Origin: a plasmid
Reading direction: 5' to 3' (one strand)
Length of the DNA: 44,333 nt
Sequence record: NZ_AP023325.1
This document shows positions 17,845 to 28,185 of this stretch, piece by piece. The translations under genes and the position numbers were made by a program. Numbering within the stretch: position 1 is the first letter of the stretch; the number at the start of each line of letters is the position of its first letter. Below the pieces are notes generated by a model. It worked only from the letters and a program-made list of their open reading frames with translations, was not told the origin of the DNA and searched no databases.

Positions 17845-20798
17845 ATGGCCAGACGCGATCTGTTAACGGGCGACGAACGCCGCGCGTTGTTCGGCGTGCC
17901 CCTCGACCATGCCTCGCTCGCCAAGCATTACACGGTTGCCGATGAGGACCGGCCACTGATCGAAGCGAAGCGCGGCGACGCCAACCGGCTCGGCTTCGCG
18001 CTGCACCTCGCCCTGCTGCGTCATCCCGGCTTCGGCATACGCCACGACGATGTCGTCCCCGATTTTCTGATCCGGCACCTGGCCGCGCAACTCGACATCG
18101 CGCCCACAGCGTTCGAGGGCTACGCGCATCGCGCCCAGACCCGGCTCGAACACGCCCGGGAGGCGATGGAGCGTTTGCGCCTGCGCGCGTTCGAGGCGGC
18201 CGACGTCCCCGGCGCGCTCGGCGCAGCCACCCGCGCGGCGGAAGCGACCGAACGGGGCAAGCCGATCGCCGCGCAGTGCTGGGCCATTTGCGTGCTGCCC
18301 GGATCGTTCTGCCCGCGCCCGCCCGTATCGAGCGGATCGGGGTGGCGGGGCGCGCCATGGCGCGCCGCCTCGCGGCCGACACGCTGGTCGATGCGCTTGC
18401 TCCGGAGCAGGTGACGGGGCTGGATGCGTTGCTGATCGTGGACCAGATCGCAGCACGACGCCGCTCGCGTGGCTGCGCGACACGTCGGACAGCCCGACCG
18501 CGCGCAATCTCGCCGGCATTCTCGCCCGGCTCGCGCACGTGCGCCGGCTCGGGCTCGACCCGGGCATGGCCGGCCGCATCCACGAGCACCGCTTCGAGCA
18601 GCTCGTGCGCGAAGGCCACGTCGCGCCCGCGTTCCTCCTGTCCGACTACTCGCTCCGCAGAAGGCGCGCGACACTCGCCGCAGCCGTCATCGACCGGAAG
18701 CGCGGCTCGCGGACGCCGCGATCGAGATGTTCGGCAAGCAGACCGGCCTCCTGTTCGCCGGGCGGGCCGCGCAGAAGCGCGGCATCGAGGCGACCACACG
18801 CGACGTGAACCGGCTCATGCGGCTGCTGGGCGCCACGGTCGGCGCACTCCGGGTCGCGCGCGAGGACGGGTTGGACGTCTGGGCGGCGCTCGACGACGGG
18901 GTGGGCTGGACGAGGCTTCTGGACGCCGAGAGCGAGGCGACCGCGATCGCCGACCTGACTCGCGACGAGCCGCTGATCCGCGCGGCGGGGCGCTACATGA
19001 CGATGCGGCGCTACGCGCCCGCGTTTTTTGACGCGTTCCGGTTCAAGGCGGCAGGCTCGCGCGACGGCGTGCTCGGCGCGATCAAGGTCGTGCGCGCGCT
19101 GAACGCGACCGGGCGGCGAGACGTACCGGCCGATGCGCCCATGCCGTTTTCCAGAAAATGGAAGGCGGCGATCACCGAGGGCGGCGTCATCGACCGCCGT
19201 CGCTACGAAACCGCCACGGTCGCGACCGTGCGCGAGCGGCTCCAATCGGGCGACCTGTGGGTGGAGGGTACGCGCGAACACCTGCGCTTCGACAGCTATA
19301 TGCTCCCGCCCGGCAAAGCGGCCGAGATCGCGCTCACGCTGCCGTTCGACACCGACGTCGGCCGCTACTTGAGGGCGCGCCAGCTGCTCGACTGGCGGTT
19401 GCGCCGGTTCGCAGGCTCGCTGAAGCGCGGCACGCTCGACGGCGTGGAGCTGCGGGGCGGTAACCTCAGGGTCAGCCCGCTCGCGGCCGTAACGCCCGCT
19501 GCGGCCGACAGGCTGGACGCGGCCGTCGACCGGCTCATGCCCCGCGTGCGCATCACCGAGCTGCTCGCCGAGGTGGAAGCCCGCACCGGGTTCCTGTGCG
19601 CATTTCCGGAACTGCGCTCGGGCCGCGCCCACTCCAACCCGCAGGCCGTGCTCGCCGCGATCCTGGCAGACGCGACGAACCTCGGCATCGAGCGCATGGC
19701 CAACGCCAGCCGTGGCGTCACCTACGCCCAGCTCGCCCGACGCATGGCTGGTACGTATCGGAAGAGAATTACGCGGCAGGGCTGCGCCATCTGGTGGACG
19801 CGCAAGCCGCGCTGCCGCTCACGCGCGTGTGGGGCGACGGCACCGCGTCGAGCTCGGACGGGCAGTTCTTCCGCTCGGGCAGGCGGGCGCGGCCGGCAGC
19901 ACCAACGCGCGCTACGACCGGGAGCCGGGGCAGAAGATCTACGCCCATGTCGCCGATACCTACGCGCCCTACCATGTCCGGCTGATCTCGGCGACCGCGG
20001 CGGAGGCGCCCTATGTGCTGGACGGGCTGGTCGCGCACGGCTGCGGCATCGAACCCGCGACCCACTATGCCGATACGGGCGGCGCGTCCGACCACGTGTT
20101 CGCGCTCGCGCACCTACTCGGCTTCCGGTTCGTGCCCCGCCTGCGCGATCTAGCCGATCGCCGGCTCGGCCTGTTCCCGGGCACGGCCCGCCCCGAGGCG
20201 CTCGCGAAGCTGATCGGGCGCCCGTTCAACATCGCTGCCATCCGCGAAAGCTGGGACGAGATCGTCCGGCTCGCCGCGTCCGTGAAGGCCGGCGTGGTGC
20301 TACCGTCGGTCATGCTGAAGAAGCTGGCCGCGTACCGTCGCCAGAACCGGCTCGACTTCGCGCTCCAGAGCTGGGCCGGATCGAGCGCACCCTGTTCACG
20401 CTCGACTGGCTAGAATCCGTGGCGCTCCGCCAGCAGTGTCAGGCTGGGCTCAACAAGGGCGAGGCGCGTCACACGCTCGCCCAAGCCGTGTTCGTCCACA
20501 AACAGGGCCGCCTGCGCGATCCGCAGTTCGAGAACCGGCGCTGAAAGCGTCCGGGCTGACGCTGGTCACCGCCGCGATCGTGTACTGGAACACGCTTTAC
20601 ATGGGCCGCGCCGTCGAGCATCTGCGCGCCAGCGGCGAGCCCGCGCCCGACGAGCTGCTCGCCCATGTAGCCCCGCTAGGCTGGCGACACATCAGCCTGA
20701 CCGGCGATTACCTCTGGCAAAACGCCGCTGCCGAGCTCGATCAAGACGGCTACCGCGCACTCAACATCGCCGGCGGACCCGGAGCCAAGGTGGCCTGA
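17845..20798 (+). pseudogene. tnpA: Tn3-family transposase TnpA of transposon 2, broken into at least 4 frames.
   Basis: N-terminus MARRDLLTGDERRALFGVPLD…, central and C-terminal (…HVAPLGWRHISLTGDYLW) TnpA regions in consecutive ORF-track pieces. Confidence 0.75.
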
Positions 20799-20865
20799 GC
20801 CGCCCTGTTCGCTACCTGTTCAGCTTACCGCTGTCCGTGTCACAAACCTTGAGGTGCTCCCTATC

Positions 20866-21111
20866 GGCGACACCACTATCGAATATGAGACGTTCGGCAC
20901 GTCTCGTCCGGCGAGCATCTTCAGCGACGGTGCCCGATCGGAAAGCGCCAGCGGCCATGTCGCCGCCCGCCGGTTGGCGACGCCCGATGAAATCATGCGG
21001 ATGAACCCCGACGATCTCCTGCTGCTGCGGCAGGGTCAGCATCCGCTCGTCGTCGGCAAGATCCGCTACTATGCCGAACGCGAGTTCGCTGGCCTCTACG
21101 ATCCGGCGTGA
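20866..21111 (+). pseudogene. traG: traG/virD4 3' fragment (C-terminal ~82 aa) displaced by transposon 2.
   Basis: GDTTIEYETFGTSRP…LLLLRQGQHPLVVGKIRYYAEREFAGLYDPA, typical TraG C-terminus. Confidence 0.75.
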
Positions 21112-21299
21112 TCGCACACACCGGCGAAACTGACGACAGGCTTGGGGTATCTCCCGTCCTGCCCTCTCAACGAGCGTGACGCTGACAGGCCACACACCGC
21201 CGGATCGGCTTGGCTTCTCTCGGAAGCCTGCGGCCGGTAGGCCGCTCCTGTGACGGCGATAGCCGGCACGCAACGAAAGCGCATTGCCCAAAGGGCAAT

Positions 21300-21676
21300 T
21301 CCGCAAATCTCCCTTCCCTGTCGTTTGATCCATGCGTCTGGGGTTAAGTGATTCTGTTAAATAGGAATCGTTAAGAAGGTTAAGGGGTCAAAAAAGCGGA
21401 TTTCTCGACGTATTTTCAATGGTTTGCGAGAGCGCCCGGTGGGTGAAACCCCGTGATTCGGTGGGTGAAACCCCGATAGTGTGGTGGGTGAAACCCCGAA
21501 GCGATGGTGGGTGAAACCCCGAGTCAGACTTGCGCGAAAACCGGGTGTTCAGATCGGTTATCCACAGACTGAAAGACTGTTCGCCATCCGAAGCGGCGTG
21601 CCGGCGTCCGCTGGTCGACTCTGACAGGTGGGTGAAACCCCGATAGTTTGGCCGGCGGTGGGTGAAACCCCGATAG
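21300..21676. promoter_or_regulatory. oriV: Iteron-type oriV. Has an AT-rich stretch (~21300-21420). Six copies of GGTGGGTGAAACCCCG sit at 21438, 21460, 21483, 21506, 21627 and 21657 (the first four at 22-23-bp spacing). A perfect DnaA box TTATCCACA lies at 21558-21566.
   Basis: Seen in sequence. Immediately adjacent to repA. Confidence 0.8.
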
Positions 21677-22629
21677 TCAGCGGCGGCCTGCGAGCCGATC
21701 CATCCGGGCATCCACCTCCTCAGTGCGCCGGCGATCAGCGTCGAAGCGCGCGCGTCGCTCCTCCTCCGCCCGCATCTTCTCTGCCAGCGCCAGCGTCTCG
21801 GCCTCGCCGCGGCGTCTGAACTGGACGGCTGGACTCCTGTCGGTCGTCTCCGCCAGCTCCATCGCATAGTCGGGGAGCTGATCGGCCTCGATCACGCGCC
21901 GGAGCATCCGGTTGAACTCCTTGGGCTGGGCGTCGCTGCCGGTCTTGTCGCGCAACACCTCGACCCGGCACAACCACCCACCCTGCTGCGAGCCGACATG
22001 CTTGCGCGCGATGCGATACAGCGCCCGCTCCAGCCCCCCGGACAGGAGGAAATAGTCGGGGTGCATGGTCAGCAGCGACTTCTCGTTGACGATGCCCTCG
22101 TAAACCCAATCGGAGAGGGTCAGTGTCATACCGCGGGCTGTTCGGTGTCGGCGTCGGTATCGAACGTCCAGCTATCCAGCCAGTTGAAGCCCGCCTTCTG
22201 CCGACGCTTCGTCGCCCGGATCGAGGTCGTGATGGATGTGGTCTGGAGCCGGAGCAGCGCGGCTTGCAGCTCCTGATAGTCCCTGCCCCCGGTGCTGCGC
22301 TTGATCGCCCGCAACAGGTCGTAGGGCGTCGTCGTCAGCGTGCGCGGTAGGTCGTTCAAGCCCTGCTGCTTCATGCGGTTGAGCGTGGATGCCGCCCAGA
22401 TCAGGATATCGGCATCCCAGATCGTCGCCATGCCATAGTCGGGGATCGCCTGGACGCGCACCCACGCCTCGCCGTCCGGGCTTTTATACTCGATCGGCTT
22501 CAGCCGCTTGCGCTTCTGGAGCGAGAAGAACGGCCGCTCCATGACCTCACGCTGGTCGCGAAGCGGCAGGTCGCCCAGCGCCGGGATGAACAGGTCGAAC
22601 TCGGGGTTGGGATCGCGCCGCTTGCTCAT
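21677..22629 (-). CDS. repA: Plasmid replication initiator RepA (alphaproteobacterial RPA/PF10134-like), 1 frameshift ~22128.
   Basis: …EFDLFIPALGDLPLRDQREVMERPFFSLQKRKR…ATIWDADILIW… motif pattern. Adjacent iterons. Confidence 0.7.
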
Positions 22630-22958
22630 GGCGCGAACCTGGTGTGCCCCGCTTGACCAGATACTGGCGGAGCAGGCGTTCGGTGATGACGGTGAGCGGT
22701 TCCCCACCCTCCTCGACGCTGAGTTGACGCAACGCGCGGTGCATGTCCTCGGGGATATGGATCAGCACCGGCTTCTTGCCGATGGCTGCTGCGCTTGGCC
22801 GGCGCTGTCGACGTCGGCGCGCCGGCGTCGCGGCGCGATCGACGCGCGGGTGCAGACTGCTGAGGTATGGGGGCAGACTCGACGGCGGGTGCCGGCACCT
22901 GTTCTTCGGGCTGGTCATCGAAAATGCCGGCCAGCGCGGAAGGCTTCCTCGCCATCAT
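22626..22958 (-). CDS. parG: Small ParG/RHH-type partition DNA-binding protein (frameshifted; 3' end uncertain).
   Basis: Disordered basic N-terminus plus an RHH-like KKPVLIHIPEDMHRALRQLSVEEG. Its start overlaps the parA stop. Confidence 0.5.
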   Translation of the reverse strand: MMARKPSALAGIFDDQPEEQVPAPAVESAPIPQQSAPARRSRRDAGAPTSTAPAKRSSHRQEAGADPYPRGHAPRVASTQRRGGWGTAHRHHRTPAPPVSGQAGHTRFAP

Positions 22959-23623
22959 GCCACCTCGCTTACTTGCTTATTCGTATAGCCGCTTAGTCGC
23001 TTAGCCTCTTCATAGGCGCTTCGCAACTCGGCCGCCGCCTTGCTGTCCGGCTCCGTCTCGGCCGCTGTCCGCCCGAGCGGCGTCGCCTTGTAATAGTCCT
23101 TACGGAAGTGAAGGCGGCTGTCGAACAGCGTCACGCCCTTCGCCGCGAAACCGGCGTGGGCCTCCTGCCCCTCCCCGCCCCGGTGCGGCACTTGGGTCAG
23201 GATGACCGCGAACGGCGTCCCCGCCTGCTGGACCTGCTTCACGGTCTGCAACACCGAATGAACGTCAAGCCCGCGCGGCGCGACGGGGATGATGACGAAA
23301 TCCGCCTGCTCGGCCGCGAGCATGGCGATGTCCTTCGAGTTCGCCGGCGTGTCGATAATGATGAGGTCGATCTTGCCGCTGCTTCGCCCGCGCGAGACGT
23401 GGAGCGGCAGGCCGGCGACGCTGCTGTCCTTCACCATCACGTCGTCATCGTCGCGCCGCTCCGACCAGTAGAGTGCCGACCCCTGCCGATCGTCGGCGTC
23501 GAGGATCACGACCGATGCCCCCTCGCGCGCCGCCTCGACGGCGAAGCCGGTGGAAAGGGTTGTTTTGGATTGACCGCCTTTCTGCGCGATCACGGCCCAT
23601 ACCTGCATGACTGCTACTCCCAC
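22955..23623 (-). CDS. parA: ParA/MinD-family partition ATPase (type Ib), intact.
   Basis: Deviant Walker A AVIAQKGGQSKTTL. 222 aa. Confidence 0.8.
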   Translation of the reverse strand: MGVAVMQVWAVIAQKGGQSKTTLSTGFAVEAAREGASVVILDADDRQGSALYWSERRDDDDVMVKDSSVAGLPLHVSRGRSSGKIDLIIIDTPANSKDIAMLAAEQADFVIIPVAPRGLDVHSVLQTVKQVQQAGTPFAVILTQVPHRGGEGQEAHAGFAAKGVTLFDSRLHFRKDYYKATPLGRTAAETEPDSKAAAELRSAYEEAKRLSGYTNKQVSEVA

Positions 23624-23690
23624 TAAGCGGCTAAGCGACTTATGCCGCTTAGCCGCTTAGTCGTAAAGATGATTAGTAGCTTAGCCGTTA
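23622..23690. repeat. Centromere-like parC. A 15-bp perfect inverted repeat CTAAGCGGCTAAGCG…CGCTTAGCCGCTTAG built from the heptad CTAAGCG. Further copies at 22987-23006 and 24671-24697.
   Basis: Seen in sequence directly upstream of parA. Confidence 0.6.
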
Positions 23691-24319
23691 TCGTCAGGCT
23701 CGCTACCGCCGGCATCAAGTGGATCGTGACGCATCGGCCCATGATCGACGACCGGGCAAAGCGGCGCGCCGACCATCTCAAGCCATTTGCGCGCGGTTCG
23801 CACCGTATAGCCGCACGCCTCGCATTCGCACTTGAGCAAGCGCGCCGCCTGCTTCTTTGGCCGCGTCGTCTCGCCGCCGGTATCGAGCCGGGCATGGGGC
23901 AGGGGGCCGGCTGCGGCCAAAATCGGCGCGATCGTCGCGAGAAAGGCATCGCCGGGCGTGGTGGCGCGCATCGGCCCAACCAGCCCTAGCCCGATCGCGA
24001 TCCGTTTAAACGCCTTCCCGTGCCCGGCCGCGATCCCGACTGCGGCGTGGACCAGCTCGTGCGCGAGAATGGCGGCGATCTGTGCCGGCATCGCGTCGGC
24101 CGCGTGCGCCAAGTCCGGCCGGATGAAGATCTCGAAATGCCCGTCGCCGCTGCACCGATTGTCCCAGCACTCGCCGATCGCCTTACCCTTGGCACCGCGA
24201 CTAGTGAAGCCGATCGCGACGCGCACGCGGGAGGGCAGGGGGGCGTCCAGCGCCTCGAACAATGGGGCCATGCCGGTCGCCACCCGGTTCAGCCAGCTCT
24301 CGCGATTGTCCTGTTCCAT
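23681..24319 (-). CDS. SprT-like zinc-metallopeptidase-domain protein (HELVH) with a C-terminal CxC…C zinc ribbon.
   Basis: HELVHAAVG HExxH motif. CECEACGY. Confidence 0.45.
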   Translation of the reverse strand: MEQDNRESWLNRVATGMAPLFEALDAPLPSRVRVAIGFTSRGAKGKAIGECWDNRCSGDGHFEIFIRPDLAHAADAMPAQIAAILAHELVHAAVGIAAGHGKAFKRIAIGLGLVGPMRATTPGDAFLATIAPILAAAGPLPHARLDTGGETTRPKKQAARLLKCECEACGYTVRTARKWLEMVGAPLCPVVDHGPMRHDPLDAGGSEPDDNG

Positions 24320-24794
24320 GATCTTCTCCCGTCAAATCGCCCTTGGGCGATGGCCTCGGCCATCGGCCCTGCCTCGTGGCGAACAGCGGGGGGGTGAGGG
24401 GGCAGCGGGAATCTGCCGGGGTGGTGCGGGCGCAGCGCAGCGAGCCACGGCCCGGCTGATTGCCGTTGCTGGGAGAGGGGGGGCGGTGCCCCACTTTCCC
24501 TCTCATAAAACGACGTCGCCAGTTCGCTGGCGTCCTTCGGGCGGGCGCGCTCGCCCCGCGCGAGCGATCGTCACCCACTAGGGGCGAGACGCCGATCGGC
24601 GGCTCGATCGGAGCGCAGCGGAGATAGAGCGCGGTCCCGCACGGGACGCGCCGGCACCATCCTATGCGATTAAGCCACTAAGCGACTAAGCTGAGCCATC
24701 TTCCCAATCGGGGATGATAAAATGGGAAAGTCCGGTCGTTCCCAAAACTCGGTTCTGAAGGGGTTTCGAGAAACCTTGGGAGTCGGGATCATCC

Positions 24795-26129
24795 TTATCG
24801 ATCGCTCGCGAGCCGAATGATGACGCCGAACCCGCCTCCGCTTTCCGACAGAAACGCATTGCCGCCATGCCCGACAGCGATCGCACGGACCAGCGCGAGG
24901 CCAAGCCCGTGCCCATCGGTGGTGCGCGACGTTTCCGCGCGGGCGAAGCGCTGGAACAGGCGCTCCGCGTCGGCGTGAGAAACGCCTGGTCCGTCGTCCT
25001 TCAGCGTCACCTCGATCGCATCTCGCGTCGTTCGGGCGGACAGCGTTGCCGTTGTGCCGGCCGGGGTATGGCGCAGCGTGTTCTCCAGCAGATTCGATAG
25101 CGCCTGCGCGAGCAGGCGACGGTCGCCTTCGATGCGAAGACCGGGAGCGACATCGGTCGCGAGGTGATGACCGGTGGCTTCGAAGTCGGGGCGGTACGTC
25201 TCCGCCATATCGTCAAGCAGCGCCGACAGGTCGATCGCGGCGAACGCGCGGCGTTCCGCCAGTCCTTCCACCTCGGCGATACGGAGCAATGCGGCGAAGA
25301 TCTCCAACAGGTCGTCGGCTTGCCGGCGGGCGGCATCGATCGCCTCCGCATCGCCGGCCGCTGCGCGATCGAGCTGATTGCACAGGCGGGTGAGCGGCGT
25401 GCGCAGGTCGTGCGCAACGTCGGTCGAGACCTGCCGTAGATTGTCCATCAGCGCCGCCATGCGGTCGAGCATCCGGTTGAGCGTCGCGGCAAGGCGATCG
25501 AACTCGCTGTCGGACCTGTCGCGCGGCACTCGCTGCGTCAGGTCGCCAGCGATGATTGCCTGCGCCGTGGCATCGATCCGTGACAGGCGGCGTCGCGTCA
25601 GCCATCCGACCAGTACCGCCGCGCCAATCCCCAGCGCCAGCACCGCGCCCAGCGCTCCGGCAAACAGCGCCGCCAGCGTGCTGTCGATCGCGTTCAGGTC
25701 GCGACGATCAGCGACAACGACGAGAAGCCCACCGGCCAAGGGCGTGGCGAGGGCCGGCCGACGCCGGTGGTATCGCCGCGGCGAAAGCCGAAATGCTCCT
25801 GGTAGCCGGGTTCGGGCGGCGCGAGCGGGCGATGGTGGCGGCGACCGTACGCCCGTTGCGGTCGACCAGCAGATAGTCGAGACTGGCTTCGTTCCGCGCA
25901 TCCTCGCGCAGGCGGATGGCTTCGGCCACCCCGCCATTCCCGCTTCGCTCGCCTCCGCAGCGAGCGCGCGCGTTTCCACTGCGACGCGGTGGTCGAGCTG
26001 TTCCTCCAGCGCCTCGTGCGTCACCTCATAGGCGACCGCGCCGATCGCGAGCGTCGCCGCGGCGAAGGCCAGCGCGACCAGCACGACGATGCCGAAGGTG
26101 GATCGCCACAGGCGGCGGATCATCGTCAC
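24795..26129 (-). CDS. Two-component sensor histidine kinase (HAMP, HisKA, HATPase). Appears to have compensating frameshifts in the periplasmic domain.
   Basis: H-box HDLRTPLTRL. G-box GHGLGLALV. The alternative frame 25708-25929 reads like the true sensor domain. Confidence 0.75.
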   Translation of the reverse strand: MTMIRRLWRSTFGIVVLVALAFAAATLAIGAVAYEVTHEALEEQLDHRVAVETRALAAEASEAGMAGWPKPSACARMRGTKPVSTICWSTATGVRSPPPSPARAARTRLPGAFRLSPRRYHRRRPALATPLAGGLLVVVADRRDLNAIDSTLAALFAGALGAVLALGIGAAVLVGWLTRRRLSRIDATAQAIIAGDLTQRVPRDRSDSEFDRLAATLNRMLDRMAALMDNLRQVSTDVAHDLRTPLTRLCNQLDRAAAGDAEAIDAARRQADDLLEIFAALLRIAEVEGLAERRAFAAIDLSALLDDMAETYRPDFEATGHHLATDVAPGLRIEGDRRLLAQALSNLLENTLRHTPAGTTATLSARTTRDAIEVTLKDDGPGVSHADAERLFQRFARAETSRTTDGHGLGLALVRAIAVGHGGNAFLSESGGGFGVIIRLASDR

Positions 26130-26802
26130 GCGTCCCGGATCATGTAGCCCGCCCCGCGCACCGTCTCGATCGCGTCCACGTCGAACCCGGCGTTGAGCTT
26201 GGAGCGCAGCCGGCTCAGATGCGTCTCGACGATGTTGGTCTTCGGATCGAAGTCGAAGTCCCAGACGCGTTCGAGCAGCATGGTGCGGGTCATCACCCGA
26301 CGCGGATTGCGCATCAGCTCGGCCAGCAGCGCGAACTCGCGCGGTTGCAGGGTCACGCGCCGTCCCGCCCGCTCAACCGTGCGGCGATGCAGGTCGAGCA
26401 CGATGTCGCCGACCCGGAGCAGGTGGGCATCGTCGCCGCGCGGTGCCGGCCGGCGCGCCAGCGCATTGAGGCGCGCCGCCAGCTCGGAAAAGGCGAACGG
26501 CTTGACCAGATAGTCGTCGGCACCGCCTTCCAGTCCCTCAACCCGGTCCGCGATCCCGCCGATCGCGGTCAGCATCAGCACCGGCGTCGCGTCGCCGGCC
26601 GCGCGCAGCGCCTTGACCAGAGCGAGGCCATCAAGGCCGGGCAGCATCCGGTCGACCACGATCGCGTCAAAACCGCCGCCGGTCGCTGGAACAGCCCGTC
26701 GCGGCCATCGGCGCTGACCGCAACCTGATGTCCGGCCTGTCCCAGACCCTGCGCCACGAAGGCGCGGGTGTCGGCATCATCCTCGACGATCAATATCCGC
26801 AT
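26126..26802 (-). CDS. OmpR-family response regulator, frameshift ~26660-26700.
   Basis: Receiver MRILIVEDDADTR… in one frame, winged-helix …TVRGAGYMI in another. Confidence 0.75.
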
Positions 26803-26809
26803 CGCCCGA

Positions 26810-28185
26810 CTATCGCGTGCCGGCGTCGGTTCGCCAACCGCCGCCCAGCGCACGGAACAGCGCGACTTCGTTCTGCGACACCGCCAGATCGGACTGGACC
26901 TGTTGTAGCGTCGCCGACGCCGTGGCCCGCTGCGCGTCTACGGAGCAGGCCGGGCGCATCGCCGAGGCGGACGCGCGCACCCGTTCGCCGCGCATAAGCC
27001 TGCGCCTCGCGCGACGCGATCGCCAGATCGCGATTGCGGTGTGTCTCGGCATCATAAGCCGCCAGTGCGGTCTCGACCTCGCGCAAAGCGCGGAGCACGG
27101 CCACGTCCCATCCCGCGAGCGCCGCGCGCTCGGTCGAGCGGGCCTGCTCCAGGGCGAGCGCGGGCGGGCGCCTGATTGGGGAACGCCCAGCTGACGAGCG
27201 GCGACGCGACGGCCTTGAACCCGCCCGACAGCAATCCGAGCGCTCCGCCCAGATTGACGCGCGGGTAGAGGTCCGCCCGCGCCACCCCGATCCGCGCCGC
27301 GGCAGCGGCAAGGCGGCGCTCCGCCTCGCGGACGTCAGGGCGCCGGAGCAGCAGCGCGGTGCCGTCGCCAACGGGCGCAGCGGTGCGCAGCCGGGGTGCG
27401 GCGGTGCAGACGAAGCGATAGCCCCGTGCTTCCGCCGGGGGGCGGCCCTGCAGCGTCGCGAGCCGATACAGCGCGTTGGCGCGCTGTGCCTCGAACGGTG
27501 CGATGGCCCCTCGGGTGGCAGCAGCGATGGTCGCAACCTGCGACACCTCCAGCGGCGACACCTCGCCGGCGCGCAATTGTTCGCGCACGAGCGCGACCGA
27601 CCGCTCCTGTGCCGCCGCGACCTCGCGCGCGGTCGCGATAGCGCGGGTCGATCCGCACAGGTCGACATAGGCCAGCACCGTGTCGGCGACCACGGCGACG
27701 CGCAATCCATCGACGACCGCGGCCTGCGCCTCGGCATCTGCGCCCGCCGCGGTCGCGGCCGATCGCAGCCGGCCGAACAGGTCGAGATCCCAGCTCGCTG
27801 TCGCAGCGAAATCGTAATCCGTCGTCGGCACGTTGCCCGACGCGCTCGGTTGCGAGGCGGGGTTGTCGACTCCCAGCGCGCTCTCGATCGTCGTCTGCGG
27901 CAGCCGCGCCGCCCGTGCCTGCCGCAGCGCGGCGCGCGCGCCGTCCAGATTGGCGTAGGCGACGCGCAGATCGGCATTGGCCGCGAGGGCCGATCGCACC
28001 AGTCCGTCGAGGACAGGATCGTCGTAGAGCCGCCACCAGTCATCCGGCACCGACGCGATCGACGCGACGGGAAGCCGGGCGAACTCGCCCGTCGCGCTGG
28101 GTGGGGCGATCGTCGGCGGAGGTGCGGGCACGCTCATGCACGCGGAGGCGAGCAGCGCGACGGCGGGAGCGAGGCGACGGATCAT
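26810..28185 (-). CDS. RND efflux outer-membrane factor lipoprotein (NodT/CzcC-like), at least 2 frameshifts.
   Basis: Lipobox LLASAC. C-terminus …RALGGGW. Overlaps the RND gene stop. Confidence 0.7.

Larger units (their letters stand above)
13026..20860. mobile_element. Tn3-family transposon 2 (7.8 kb). Imperfect 38-bp IRs (GGGGCACCTCAAGGTTTGTCATATGGACAGCGGCAGTC / …GCTTACCGCTGTCCGTGTCACAAACCTTGAGGTGCTCC) and 5-bp TSD CTATC (13021-13025, 20861-20865).
   Basis: IR and TSD seen in sequence. TnpA C-terminus ends ~25 bp inside the right IR. It precisely interrupts traG. Confidence 0.75.

Noticed and set aside
24380-24485. G-runs (G7, G5, G7) that could suggest a G-quadruplex
   Set aside because: Only three widely spaced tracts, not a G4 consensus. 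Probably incidental in a 68% GC genome.
23832-24581. 249-aa plus-strand and 125-aa minus-strand ORFs in the SprT/HK intergenic area
   Set aside because: Pro/Arg/Ala-rich, no start context. The region looks non-coding (G7 tracts at 24388-24394 and 24477-24483).
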